A DNA stretch of 64,000 nt from the NCBI GenBank assembly GCA_030390025.1, contig CM059432.1:140680001-140744000 (forward strand). The letters run 5' to 3'. This document shows positions 1 to 11,854 of this stretch, one piece after another. Both the position numbers and the translations under genes were made by a program. Source of the DNA: Squalus acanthias (Eukaryota). The stretch's first letter is position 1, and every line of letters starts with the position of its first letter. The notes beneath the pieces were generated by a model. The model made no database searches, had not been told where the DNA came from, and was given only the letters and a program-made list of their open reading frames with translations.

Positions 1-314
1 CTCTTCATCAAACCCTATCGACAATAACCTTCTATTCCTTTCTCCCCTCATGTACTTATCTAGCTTCCCCTTAAATACATCTATAACCGGCAACTCGGCA
101 TCTTGCTAACTGCAATCACTTTGTTAGAAGATATACCTCTGGATCAAACTTTCGTAGCTGGGTTGAGTAGAAATCTTTTCCCCTCACACCCAGCAACAAA
201 GTAGCGTGGAGCAACCCTTTAGAGACCCGCACAAACTCTGCCTCTCCGGGTAGTTTTTTTCTATTCAGACAGCTTCCTCGATTTGCACCAGGCATCGAGC
301 GGCCTGAGCAACCA

Positions 315-479
315 AGTGTCCACTGTGGCTCAGTTGGTAGCCCTGTCAGCTCTGACTCATAAAGGTTGTGGGTTCAAGAAGCACTCTAGAGGTTTGAGCA
401 AAAAATCTCGGTTGAGATGCCAGGGCAGTACTGAGGGAGTGCTGCACTGTTGGAGATGCTGCTTTTTGGATGAGATGTT
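315..479 (+). mobile_element. DeuSINE (SacSINE1-like) 5' head fragment
   Basis: tRNA-like A box TGGCTCAGTTGG and B box GGTTCAAG, followed by the start of the Deu domain (GCAGTACTGAGGGAGTGCTGCACTG). Confidence 0.8.
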
Positions 480-659
480 GCTCATCCAAAAGGCAGAGGT
501 TGAGGCTGCTCCCAAAATGGCTCCAAAAGAAGGATCTGTCGATAGGGTGAGATGAAGAAAGAAAAGAACGAAAGACTTGCGTTTATGTCGCGCCTTGCAC
601 GACCTCAGGGCGTCCCAAAGTGATTTACAGCCAATGAAGTACTTTTGAAGCAAAGTCAC

Positions 660-802
660 CAATGTACCCTCGAATTATTTTTTTTTGGTGCGCAGTCCCT
701 TTAAATTTGCTGTGCGGTATCTTTTCCAGCGGCAGCAGCTGGCGAGCGGCCTGCGGGGACCTCCCGATCGGTGCGCGTTCGCGCACCTTAGAGGGAACAT
801 TG
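660..802. mobile_element. hAT-type MITE
   Basis: TIR CAATGTACCCTC / GAGGGAACATTG; degenerate 8-bp TSD AAAGTCAC/GTAGTCAC; same family as 11855-12016. Confidence 0.75.
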
Positions 803-1151
803 GTAGTCACTGATGTATTGTGGGAAACGCGGCAGCCAATTTGCGCACAGCAAGCTCCCACAAACAGCAATGAGATGAATGACCAGATAATCTGCTATTT
901 TAGTGATGTGGGTTGAGGGTTAAATATTGGCCCGGACACCGGGGAAAACTCCCCCCTGTTCTTCTTCAAGATAGTGCCTTGGGATCTTTTCCATCCACCT
1001 GAGAGGGCAGACGGGGGCCTCGGTTTAACATCTCATCCAAAAGGCAGCATCTCCAACAGTGCAGCACTCCCTCGGTACTGCCCTAGCATCTCAACCTAGA
1101 TTTTTTGCTCAAACCTCTAGAGTGGTTCTTGAACCCACAACCTTTATGACT

Positions 1152-1898
1152 CATAAGAACATAAGAACATAAGAAATAGGAGCAGGAGTAGGCCAATCGG
1201 CCCTTCGAGCCTGCTCCGCCATTCAATAAGATCATGGCTGATCTGATCCTCACCTCAAATCTAAAGAACACAAGAAGTAGGAGCAGGACCTGGCCACTCA
1301 GCCCCTGGGCCCGCTACGCCACCCACAGGGCCTCGACCGATCCGAACTCAGCCTCATGTCCAATTTCCTGCCCGCTCCCCGTAACCCCTAATTCACTTTA
1401 CTTCTAGGAAACTGTCTATTTCTGTTTTAAATTTATTTAATGATGTAGCTTCCACAGCTTCCTGGGGCAGCAAATTCCACAGACCTACTACCCTCTGAGT
1501 GAAGAAGTTTCTCCTCATCTCAGTTTTGAAAGAGCAGCCCCTTATTCTAAGATTATGCCCCCTAGTTCTAGTTTCACCCATCCTTAGGAACATCCTTACC
1601 GCATCCACCCGATCAAGCCCCTTCACAATCTTATATGTTTCAATAAGATCGCCTCTCACTCTTCTGAACTCCAATGAGTAGAGTCCCAATCTACCCAACC
1701 TCTCCTCATATGTCCACCCCCTCATCCCCGGGATTAACCGAGTGAACCTTCTTTGTACTGCCTCGAGAGCAAGTATGTCTTTTCTTAAGTATGGACACCA
1801 AAACTGTATGCAGTATTCCAGGTGCGGTCTCACCAATACCTTATATAACTGCAGCAATACCTCCCTGTTTTTATAATCTATCCCCCTAGCAATAAAGC
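1152..1898 (-). mobile_element. CR1 LINE 3' fragment, young subfamily
   Basis: ORF 1393-1857 has the CR1 ORF2 C-terminal motif LYKVLVRPHLEYC; (TTCTTATG)n tail. Confidence 0.93.
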
Positions 1899-2836
1899 TG
1901 ACAGGGCTACCAACTGAGCCACAGTGGACACTGGACGGGTGGGTAGAGGCTCATATGGAGCATTAACACCGGCATAGACCAGTGGGGCCGAATGGGCTGT
2001 TTCTGTGCTGGGGATTCAATGTAATTCGATGTAACTTTGAAACTGACGGTAATGCAAATGGTTAATGGTCATCATGTTTTGGCCGATATAAGTGACTGTC
2101 TGCTTTTAAAGGTGTTAATTTTAAGTGGTGGGGACTGTCGACTTTTCCTATTGCTCAGTGGGATTGAGATACTTTTCTAGCTGTGCGGACCTGAACAATA
2201 GTAGGTTTCTCCAACATCCAAGGACTCGACCACAATTAAACCCTTCTGCCGGTTCTCAAGCTTGAATTCACAGGCTGCGGAATGACTGTCTTTTTAAGTT
2301 AAACCCCTAAATATATATCCAGCAGAATTTCAATGTAACCATTTGTTGCAGCACAAAAGGAAATGTCCTATATAATTATGATCTCCCTGATGAGGTATCC
2401 AATAAATTAATACCATATTTTGTGTGCAACCAAAAATTACATTGTGACAATAATATCCCTACCCTCCCAAAATTTCAGGAAAAGATGTTGAGGCGGAAAT
2501 TCAGCTTGGCCGGTATCGCTAGATGGCCGTTATCCCGTGGGCCGCCCTGTTATATGACACACCCTGAATTGAAAAGTGGCTGGTTGGCGATCTGGTCTGT
2601 GCTGATTCAGCTGATCCCAGCTATGAGGGGACAGGAGAAGCATTGGGAGTGGTACAACCGGCCCAGTATCCCCAGGTTAAAGAGGAGGAGTAGAGGCGGC
2701 CGGGGATTACACATGATTCCCATTCCTGATTAATGGAGAAATACAGTTAGAATGACCACACATCCTGTTTTATCCCAATAACACGGTGCGGAATAATGCC
2801 AGTTAGATGATCAGCAGCCCATCCAGCACCTCAACA

Positions 2837-3437
2837 CATAGGAACCACAGGAACAGGAGGAGGCCATTCAGCCCCTCGAGCCTGGTCCGCCATTCAACGA
2901 GATCATGGCTGATCTGCGACCTAACTCCATATACCCGCCTTTGGCCCATATCCCTTAATACCTTTCGCTAACAGAAAGCTATCAATCTCAGATTTAAAAT
3001 TAACAAGTGATCTCGCATAAATTGCTGTTTGCGGAAGAGAGTTCCAAACTTCTATCACCCTTTGTGTGTAGAAGTGTTTCCTAATTTCACTCCTGAAAGG
3101 TCTGGCTCTAATTTTTAGACTCTGCCCCCTAGTCCGAGAATCCCCGACGTGTGGAAATAGTTTCTCTCTCTCTCTACCCTATCTGTTCCCCTTAATATCT
3201 TGAAAACTTCGATCAGATCACCCCTTAACCTTCTAAATTCCAGGGAATACAACCCTAGTTTGTGTAATCTCTCCTCGTAACTTAACCCTTGAAGTCCAGG
3301 TATCATTCTGGTAAACCTACGCTGCACTCCCTCCAAGGCCAATATATCCTTCCTAAGGTGTGGTGCCCAGAACTGCTCACAGTGCTCCAGGTGTGGTCTA
3401 ACCAGGGCTTTGTATAGCTGCAGCATAACTTCTAACC
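2837..3437 (-). mobile_element. CR1 LINE 3' fragment
   Basis: ORF 3115-3426 [15 protein letters not shown]1 3' stem-loop tail. Confidence 0.9.
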
Positions 3438-3442
3438 ACTTA

Positions 3443-4637
3443 TAAGGGAAATTGTGTTTGACAAATCTGTTAGAGTTTTTTGAGGTTGTATCTAGCAGAA
3501 TAGATAAGGGGGAATCAGTGGATGTGGTGTATTTGGATTTTCAGAAGGCATTCGATAAGTTGCCACACAAGATGTTATTAAACAAAATTAGGGCTCATGG
3601 GATTGGGGGTAATATACCAGCATGGATTGAGGATTGGTTAGCGGACAGAAAACAGAGAGTAGGAATAAACGGGTCATTTTTGGGTTAGCAGGCTGTAACT
3701 AGTGGGGTACCGCAAGGATCAGTGCTTGGGCTTCAGCTATTCACAATCTACATCAATGATTTGGATGTGGGGACCAAATGTAATATATCCAAATTTGCTG
3801 ATGATACAAAGCTGAGTGGGAATGTAAGTTGTGAGGAGGATGCAAGGAGGCTTCAAGGGGATATAGACAGGCTAAGTGAATGGGCAAGAATATGGCAAAT
3901 GGAATATAATGTGGAGAAATGTGAAGTTATCCACTTTGGTAGGAAAAATAGAAAAGCAGAGTAATTTTTAAATGGTGAGAGATTGGGAAATATTGGTGTT
4001 CAGAGGGACCTGGGTGTCCTTGTACACGAATCACTGAAAGTTAACATGCAGGTACAGCAAGCAATTAGGAAAGCAAATGGTATGTTGGCCTTTATTACAA
4101 GAGGATTTGAGCATAAGAGTAAAGACGTCTTACTGCTATTATATAGGGCCCTGGTGAGACCACACCTGGAGTATTGTGTACAGTTTTAGTCTCCTTACCT
4201 AAGGAAGGATATACTTGCCATAGAGGGAGTGCAACAAAGGTTCACCAGACTGGTGACTGGGATGGGGGGATTGTTCTATGAGGAGAGATTGAGTATACTA
4301 GGCCTATATTCTCTAGAGTTTAGAAGAATGAGAGGTGATCTCATTGAAACATACAAAATTCTTACAGGACTTGACAGGGTAGATGCAGGGAGGATGTTTC
4401 CCCTGGCTGGGGAGTCTAGAACCAGGGGTCACAGTCTCAGAATAAGGGGTCGGCCATTTAGAACTGAGATGAGGAGAAATTTCTTCACTCAGAGGGTGGT
4501 GAATCTTTGGAATTCTCTACCCCAGAGGGCTGTGGAGGCTCAGTCGTTGAGTATATTCAAGACCGAAATCGATAGGTTTTTGAATATTAAGGGAATCAAG
4601 AGATATGGGGATAGTGCAAGAAAGTGGAGATGAGGTA
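3443..4637 (+). mobile_element. CR1 LINE fragment (RT domain to C-terminus, with stops)
   Basis: ORFs containing [19 protein letters not shown] and LVRPHLEYC. Confidence 0.93.
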
Positions 4638-4684
4638 AAATACAGCACCTCCCAAACCCGCGACCTCCACCACCTAGTAGGACA

Positions 4685-5334
4685 GTTTTGGTGTCCATAC
4701 TTAAGAAAAGACATACTTGCTCTCAAGGCAGTACAAAGAAGGTTCACTCGGTTAATTCCGGGGATGAGGGGGTGGACATACGAGGAGAGGTTGAGTAGAT
4801 TGGGACTCTACTCATTGGAGTTCAGAAGAATGAGAGGGGATCTTATTGAAACATATAAGATTGTGAAGGGGCTTGATCGGGTGGACGCGGTGAGGATGTT
4901 CCCAATGATGGGTGAAACTAGAACTAGGGGACATAATCTTAGAATAAGGGGCTGCTCTTTCAAAACTGAGATGAGGAGAAACTTTTTCACTCAGAGGGTA
5001 GTGGGTCTGTGGAATTTGCTACCCCAGGAAGCTGTGGAAGCTACTTCATTAAATAAATTTAAAACAGAAATAGACCGTTTCCTAGAAGTAAAGGGAATCA
5101 GGGGTTACGGGGAGCGGGCTGGAAATTGGACATGAGTTTGAGTTCGGATCGGTCAAGGCCCTGTGGGTGGCGGAGCGGGCCCAGGGGCTGAGTGGCCTGG
5201 TCCTGCTCCTACTTCTTGTGTTCTTTAGAGTTGAGGTTGGATCAGATCAGCCATGATCTCATTGAATGGCGGAGCAGGCTCGAGGGGCCGATTGGTCTAC
5301 TCCTGCTCCTATTTCTTATGTTCTTATGTTCTTA
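4685..5334 (+). mobile_element. CR1 LINE 3' fragment, young subfamily, inserted into an older CR1-group LINE end (4643-4684 / 5335-5560)
   Basis: Near-identical to 1152-1898 and 6363-7203; the flanking host sequence matches the 3' end of the 28811-30607 family. Confidence 0.92.
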
Positions 5335-5859
5335 AAGGCAGCAGGTGCATGAGAACACCACCACCTCCAAGTTCCGCTCCAAGCCACACACCATCCTGAC
5401 TTGGAATTATATCGCCATTCCTTCATTGTCACTGGGTCAAAGTCCTGGACATCCCTACCTAACAACACTGTGGGAGCACCTTCACCACACAGACTGCAGC
5501 AGTTCAAGAAGAAGGCTCAAGGCACAACTAGCCTCGGGATGGACAATAAATGCCCATCAATCAATTTGGCAAGAGATTTCCCAGCTAACTTGTCGGGCTG
5601 ACTTCCATGATGGTCAAGCAAGGATACCTTAGGATGGTTACCCATCCTTTTCCCAGATAGATTGACCTGAGGAGGGTGAGTGAGCTCTGTCTGCACCCGG
5701 CTTGGAATCAAAGTTTTCCCCTCGATTACATTACTGTTGGTTCACAGTGCTGTATTCCATATTATTCTGAGCAACCCCTCCCTCTGTGTTTCCCAAGCAG
5801 GGATTCCCGCCCATCCACCACGCAGGGAAACACTCCTCCAAGCCATGGTATCCCAGAAG

Positions 5860-7290
5860 AAAGGAATGATGAGGTTTTAAGAAGCATCTTAAAGGAGGAA
5901 AGAGAGGTAGAGAGGCGGAGAGGTTTGGGGGGGTGGGTGGATTTCTAGAGTTTAGGACCTAGGCAGCTGAAGGCACGGCCACCAATGGTGGAGCAAAGGA
6001 AATCAGGGATGCGCAAGAGGGCAGAATTGGAGGAGCGCAAGGATCTCGGAGAGTTGTGGGGCTGAAGGAGATTACAGAGATAGGGAGGAGCGAGGCCATG
6101 GAGGGATTTGAAAACTAGGAGGAGGATTTTTAATTCGAGGCATTGCTGGACTGGGAGCCAATGTAGGTCAGCGAGCACAGGGGGTGATGGGTGAACGGGA
6201 CTTCGTACAAGTTTGGGCAGCAGAGTTTTGGATGAGCTCAAGTTTACGGAGGTGGGAGGACGGCCAGGAGTGCTTTGGAATAGTTGAGTCTGGAGGTAAC
6301 AAAAGCATGGCTGAGGGTTTCAGCAGCAGATGAGCCAAGGCAGGGGCGGAGACGGGCGATGTTATAAGAACATTAGAACATAAGAAATAGGAGCAGGAGT
6401 AGACCAATCGGCCCCTCGAGCCTGCTCCGCCATTCAATGAGATCATGGCTGATCTGATCCAACCTCAACTCTAAAGAACACAAGAAGCAGGAGCAGGACC
6501 AGGCCACTCAGCCCCTGGGCCCGCTCCGCCACCCACAGGGCCTTGACCGATCCGAACTCAAACTCATGTCCAATTTCCAGCCCGCTCCCCGTAACCCCTG
6601 ATTCCCTTTACTTCTAGGAAACGGTCTATTTCTGTTTTAAATTTATTTAATGAAGTAGCTTCCACAGCTTCCTGGGGTAGCAAATTCCACAGACCCACTA
6701 CCCTCTGAGTGAAAAAGTTTCTCCTCATCTCAGTTTTGAAAGAGGAGCCCCTTATTCTAAGATTATGTCCCCTAGTTCTAGTTTCACCCATCATTGGGAA
6801 CATCCTCACCGCGTCCACCCGATCAAGCCCCTTCACAATCTTATATGTTTCAATAAGATCGCCTCTCATTCTTCTGAACTCCAATGAGTAGAGTCCCAAT
6901 CTACTCAACCTCTCCTCGTATGTCCACCCCCTCATCCCCGGAATTAACCGAGTGAACCTTCTTTGTACTGCCTCGAGAGCAAGTATGTCTTTTCTTAAGT
7001 ATGGACACCAAAACTGTATGCAGTACTCCAGGTGCGGTCTCACCAATACCCTATACAACTGCAGCAATACCTCCCTGTTTTTATATTCTATCCCCCTAGC
7101 AATAAAAGCCAACATTCCATTGGCTTTCTTGATCACCTGCTGCACCTGCATACTAACTTTTTGATTTTCTTGCACCAAGACCCCCAGATCCCTTTGAACT
7201 GCAGTACTGTGGAGGTGGATGTAGGTGGTCTTGGTGATGGAGAGGTTCTGGGGTCTGAAGCTTAGCTCAAGGTCAAACAGGACACCAAGA
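5860..7290 (-). mobile_element. L2 LINE 3' fragment split by a CR1
   Basis: ORF 5945-6241 LADLHWLPV...GGRAFS is the L2 ORF2 C-terminus; host resumes at about 7204. Confidence 0.8.
6363..7203 (-). mobile_element. CR1 LINE 3' fragment, young subfamily
   Basis: Uninterrupted 204-aa ORF 6564-7178, CR1 ORF2 C-terminus. Confidence 0.93.
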
Positions 7291-7544
7291 ACAGCATTGA
7301 AATGGAGAAACTTCTTTCTTGGAATACATCGTGTGACAAAGTCAAAGAGGCTCGTGGATCAGCTAAGAAGGAGCAGCTTTTTTCACATACTCTAGACATC
7401 ATGGAAAGAAGGCGTGCTGCCGTCATCAGGGAACATGGCTCTCTCTCCAGTGAACTTAACTGGCACAGAAGGCAAGCAATTTGAAATGATCAAAGACCCA
7501 GGGCTGATAAATAACACAACCAGAGATGCATTCGCAGCAGCTGC

Positions 7545-8055
7545 TCTCTCAGGTGGACGTAAAAGATCCCATGGCGCTATTTTTAAGAAGAGCAGTGGAG
7601 TTCTCCCCGGTGTCCTGGCCAATATTTATCCCTCAACCAACATCACTGACGTAAGAAACCTACTAGGCACTTGGTCTAAGCGTTAAACAAAGCTTTAATC
7701 AACTGTTTTACAACATGGAGATCTAGTTGTGTCCTTCACTAGTTCCTGTTGAGGAATGTCCTAAGCAAGCTGGGCTCATGCCCGAGTATTTATACTCTCC
7801 CAGGACAGTGCCACCAGCAGGCTGCCCAGTATTACTTCAGACATGAATGACAAGATTCATGTCAATCACTAAAACAGATTATCTGGTCATTATCACATTG
7901 CTGTTTGTGGGATCACGCTGTGCATAAATTGGCTGCCGCGTTTCTACATTACAACAGTGACTACAATTCAAAAAGTACTTCATTGGCTGTAAAGCACTTT
8001 GGGACATCCTGAGATCGTGAAAGGTGCTATATAAATGCAAGTCTTTCTTTCTTCA
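7545..8055 (+). mobile_element. DeuSINE, 5'-truncated, carrying a solo LTR
   Basis: Deu core and tail AAAGGTGCTATATAAATGCAAGTCTTTC. Confidence 0.85.
7647..7864 (-). mobile_element. Solo LTR (218 bp)
   Basis: TGAC...GTCA termini; perfect 5-bp TSD ATCAC; TATAAATA on the minus strand; second copy at 45426-45651. Confidence 0.85.
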
Positions 8056-8399
8056 ATGCCGAAGGCACAACGTCCTCCCCCTCCCCCTTCCCCGCCACCT
8101 GCATTTCTGTTCTAATAAAAGCCTCAGATGGATTCCTGCTGGTGGATCAGGACGCGATGATGGAATGATGGAGAGAATACATAACGGCTCACCCGCCCCG
8201 CCTTCTGAGCTGTTGTCCCAGGCAGCCTCCATGGCAGCGCCCGATCCAAGCATTTCAGGGTCTGCTCCATCACGGAGAGGAAGTCGCTAAGGCAATTACA
8301 AGTACAAAGTTGGGCAAGGTTGCCGTGACCTACTAGCGGAACTTCTCAGATCTGGCGGGTTGCAGTGATTGACTATCTACACCATCTCTTTGCTGGGGT

Positions 8400-8545
8400 A
8401 CGGGAATTCAAAAAGTGATTGCTAAGGATTGGCTTCATGGCGTTGCCTTGCCAACCTATAAGGGCAGAGGAAGCAGAGCTGAGTGCGGTGCCCATGGGGC
8501 TATCATACTTCTTTCTTCCACAGTAAAGGCATTTGCTCAGCAGAT
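8400..8545 (+). mobile_element. Degraded RTE-like LINE RT fragment
   Basis: PTYKGRGSRAECGAHGAIILLSSTVKAFA resembles the RTE motif IYKGKGDRSDCGNYRGISLLS. Confidence 0.45.
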
Positions 8546-8814
8546 TAGGACCTTCTTATACAGAAGAAGAGAAGCCAAGAACAAAGCAGCTTCATCCCTG
8601 ATAGGTTGACGGTCGGTCTGATATTGACAAAGTGACTACACTTCAGGAAGTACCTCATTGGCTTGGGGGCACCTTGGGACGTCCTGAGGTCGCGACAGGT
8701 GCCATGTAAACATTAGAAATATAAATACCCAGCACAGGCACGATGGGCCGAATGGCCTTCTTCTGGGCTGTAAGATTCAGCGATAAACCCAAATTCTACT
8801 TCTTCTTAAGCATG

Positions 8815-9452
8815 ATGTAAGCAAACCAAGCACTAGGGTTTATTTCTAGAGGGATAGAATTGAAAAGTAGGGAAGTTATGCTGAACCTGTATCGAACCTT
8901 GGTTAGACCACGCTTGGAGCACTGCGTACAGTTCTGGTCGCCATATTATAAAAAGGATATAGAGGCACTGGAGGGGTTGCAAAAAGGATTTACAAGGATG
9001 ATACCAGAAATGCGAGGTTATACCTATCAGGACAGGCTGGGTCTTTTTTCTCTTGAAAAGAGAAGGCTGAGGGGGTGACCTAATAGAGGCCTTTAAAATT
9101 ATGAAAGGTTTTGATCGAGTGGATACAGAGTGTTTCCACTTGTGGGGAAGAGCAAAACTAGAGGCCATCAATATAAGATAGTCACCAAGAAATCAAATAG
9201 GGAATTCAGAAGAAACTTCTTGACCCAGAGAGAGGTGAGAAGGTGGAACTCGCTACAACAGGGAGAGGTTGAGGCGAATAGTATAGATGCATTTAAGGGG
9301 AAGTTAGATAAGCATAAGAGGGAGAAGGGAATAGAGGGTTATGCTGATAGAGTTAGATGAGGAAGGATGAGAGGAGGCTCGAGTGGAGTATGTACTGGTT
9401 GGGCTGAATGGCCTGTTTCTGTGTTGTGTATTCTATGTAATTCTATGTATGA
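8815..9452 (+). mobile_element. CR1 LINE 3' fragment
   Basis: LYRTLVRPRLEHCVQFW; (TTCTATGTA)-type tail. Confidence 0.9.
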
Positions 9453-10384
9453 AAAGGCAAGTGAATGGTACACATATAAATGGGAGGAAATGGGAGTGAG
9501 AATAAAGTTGGTGTTGTGACTTTGGAAGGTGTCACTCTATACCATCGGCACAGTCACCCCCTGAGACTCAGCAATCAACAAGCATTTGCAATCGGAATAT
9601 CTTTGATACTCCAGCACTCGACTTGGCACTTTGTGTCTTTTCCGAAGCAGTCAGTGCACATGCTCTCTTGCATGTCTGTAATAAACTGCTGCAGCACAAA
9701 AGCAACCTTATTCCCTGAGCATTTCCAATTATAAGCCGTTGGAGCTAATCTTCCAGGGCTGGCGTCAGAGCCCAGTAACTCTCGTTTGTTTGAACAAGAC
9801 TTTGCGGTGACTTGACTTGGATTCATTCAGTTTAATTTTTTTTAAATTTATTTCGTGAAAGCGGCTTCCTAATTATTCGTGCTGTGATTCGAGTTCATGG
9901 GGGGCTTTAACCACTGACGGAGGTGCTAATTGGTAGTTGAGCTGGTGCAGTTTGAGGGGTGTCCTATCAGATTGTTGCAGATTGCTTCGTTAACACAGCT
10001 GGATCTTTTGATCTGCAAGACTTTCCTTGCATGAAAGTCTTCAGATCCCCAATCAAAACAGACCAAATTACACAACAACCAATGACCATGTTCCATTATT
10101 TGATCTGTGAAAATATGGGGATCTTCTTCAGATGAAATGTCGTCATTAAACAATTATGCTCTTCGGTGGTCAAGGCCCTTGTTCACCAAAGGACTTTGAA
10201 CTGATGCCTTTATTGCAGTTATATTCTTACCTGTAAATTGACAGAGCAACCTTTATCATTGCTAAGTGGCTCTCTGCCGCAATGTCTCCTCATTATATTA
10301 AATGGATATAGTTTGGCAAGGTTAAGGACATGTAATAAATTGGCTCAATATTTTTGCAAAATAATAGTTTCTCACAAGGTAGCA

Positions 10385-10815
10385 TCATAGAATGTTACAG
10401 CACAGAAGGAGGCCATTCGGCCCATCGTGCCTGTGCCGGCTCTTTGAAAGAGCGATCCAATTAGTCCCACTCCCCCCTGCTCTTTCCCCATAGCCCTGCA
10501 ATTTTTCCCCTTCAAGTATTTATCCAATTCTCTTTTGAAAATGACTATTAAATCTGCTTCCACCGCCCTTTCAGGCAGCGCATTCCAGATCGCAACAACT
10601 CGCTGCGTAAAAAAAATTCTCCTCATCTCCCCCTCTGGTTCTTTTGCCAATCGCCTTAAATCTGTGTCCTCTGGTCAGCGGCCCTCCTGCCAGTGGACAC
10701 ACTTTCTCCTTATTTACTCTATTAAAATGCTTCATAATTTTGAACACCTCTACTAAACCTCCCCTTAAACTCCTCTCCTCTAAAGAGAATAATCCCAGGT
10801 TCTCTCATCTCTTCA
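10385..10815 (-). mobile_element. CR1 LINE 3' fragment
   Basis: ORF 10372-10650 RRIFFTQRVV...WNALP; CR1 tail. Confidence 0.88.
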
Positions 10816-11370
10816 CAGGTACAATGCAGTTAAATAAATAAATAGTTCCTCAGTGTGGCAAAAGCATGTTTTCCCCCAGCAATGGGTGTTATAGCAGTCA
10901 GTAGTTAATCGGCTCCTGTATTTATATAAATTAATGATTTATGACTAAGGAAACAGCATTGATAGAGATAGTTTTACTAGTGGAATTACAACCTGATCTA
11001 ATCGCTTCCACCCCAGCAAACTCTAGCGGCCTAATTGCCGGTAAACGACACTAACACAAACCTCTGAGCATTGCTGCTCTAACTGAATGTGATCTTTATA
11101 AGGATGGTAGTATAAGGGTTCACTATGCTAGCATAACACTGTTTTCCTTTGATATAACAGTAGTTTGAAATTTATTGACTTTCGAAGGCTACATTTCATT
11201 GCACGTTGTCGGAAGGGGATTGGATTTAATTTTCATCGCGACACAATGCCAGAAGTGTCCATCATGGACATTTTCCAAAATTGGAAGTGACAAGAATAAA
11301 TCAAAGAAAGGAATACATTTTGTCAGACTGATTTAAGAATCTGACTTTCCTACTGAGCTTTCCCGCTATT

Positions 11371-11795
11371 GGCCCATATTTTCCGACCCCCGCGGGCGCG
11401 TACGAGGTGTGTACGCGCCCACAGCGGCTGCGCAAGTTCCGGGTTTAGGCTTGCCATTTTAATTAATTTTATGTATGTAATGGTTTTTCTTTATTTATTT
11501 CAGTGTGTTGGTGCACTTTTGTAGTCATCCCCATTCATACTTTTGACAGTTCCGTCCGTACGGAACTGTCAAAAGTATGAAGGGGGATTCCCTTCTTCCA
11601 TTGGTTGAGCTGGCCCACGTAATCCCATGCGAACCACATACGCCCCTGGGATACCTGGGCCTCTGCGCGTTTCCAAGAGGAGAGGACCAGGATCGGAAGC
11701 CTCCGTATCTCCGGGACCAGCGGGTAGGTCCGTAGGTTTTTTTGCTGATCGGAGGCATCCGCCCGCAGGAAGCCTCTGATGGGAAATTCAGGGCC
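11371..11795. mobile_element. PIF/Harbinger-type MITE (family A)
   Basis: TIR GGCCC...GGGCC; 3-bp TSD ATT/ATT; homologous to 53178-53913 and 57899-58584 in opposite orientation. Confidence 0.75.
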
Positions 11796-11854
11796 ATTAT
11801 CTTATACAGAAAGAGAGCTTGAGACCAGAGTGCCAAATCAGGAGACCACTGCAG

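Larger units (their letters stand above)
556..1932 (-). mobile_element. DeuSINE (SacSINE1-like), split by a hAT MITE and a CR1
   Basis: Tail (rc of ...GCAAGTCTTTC) from about 556, body to 1153, head resumes at 1897-1932. Confidence 0.85.

Noticed and set aside
2837..4637. Twin-priming inversion of one CR1 (also considered at about 61705-61740)
   Set aside because: The back-to-back pieces cover overlapping parts of ORF2 and differ in sequence, so they are independent copies
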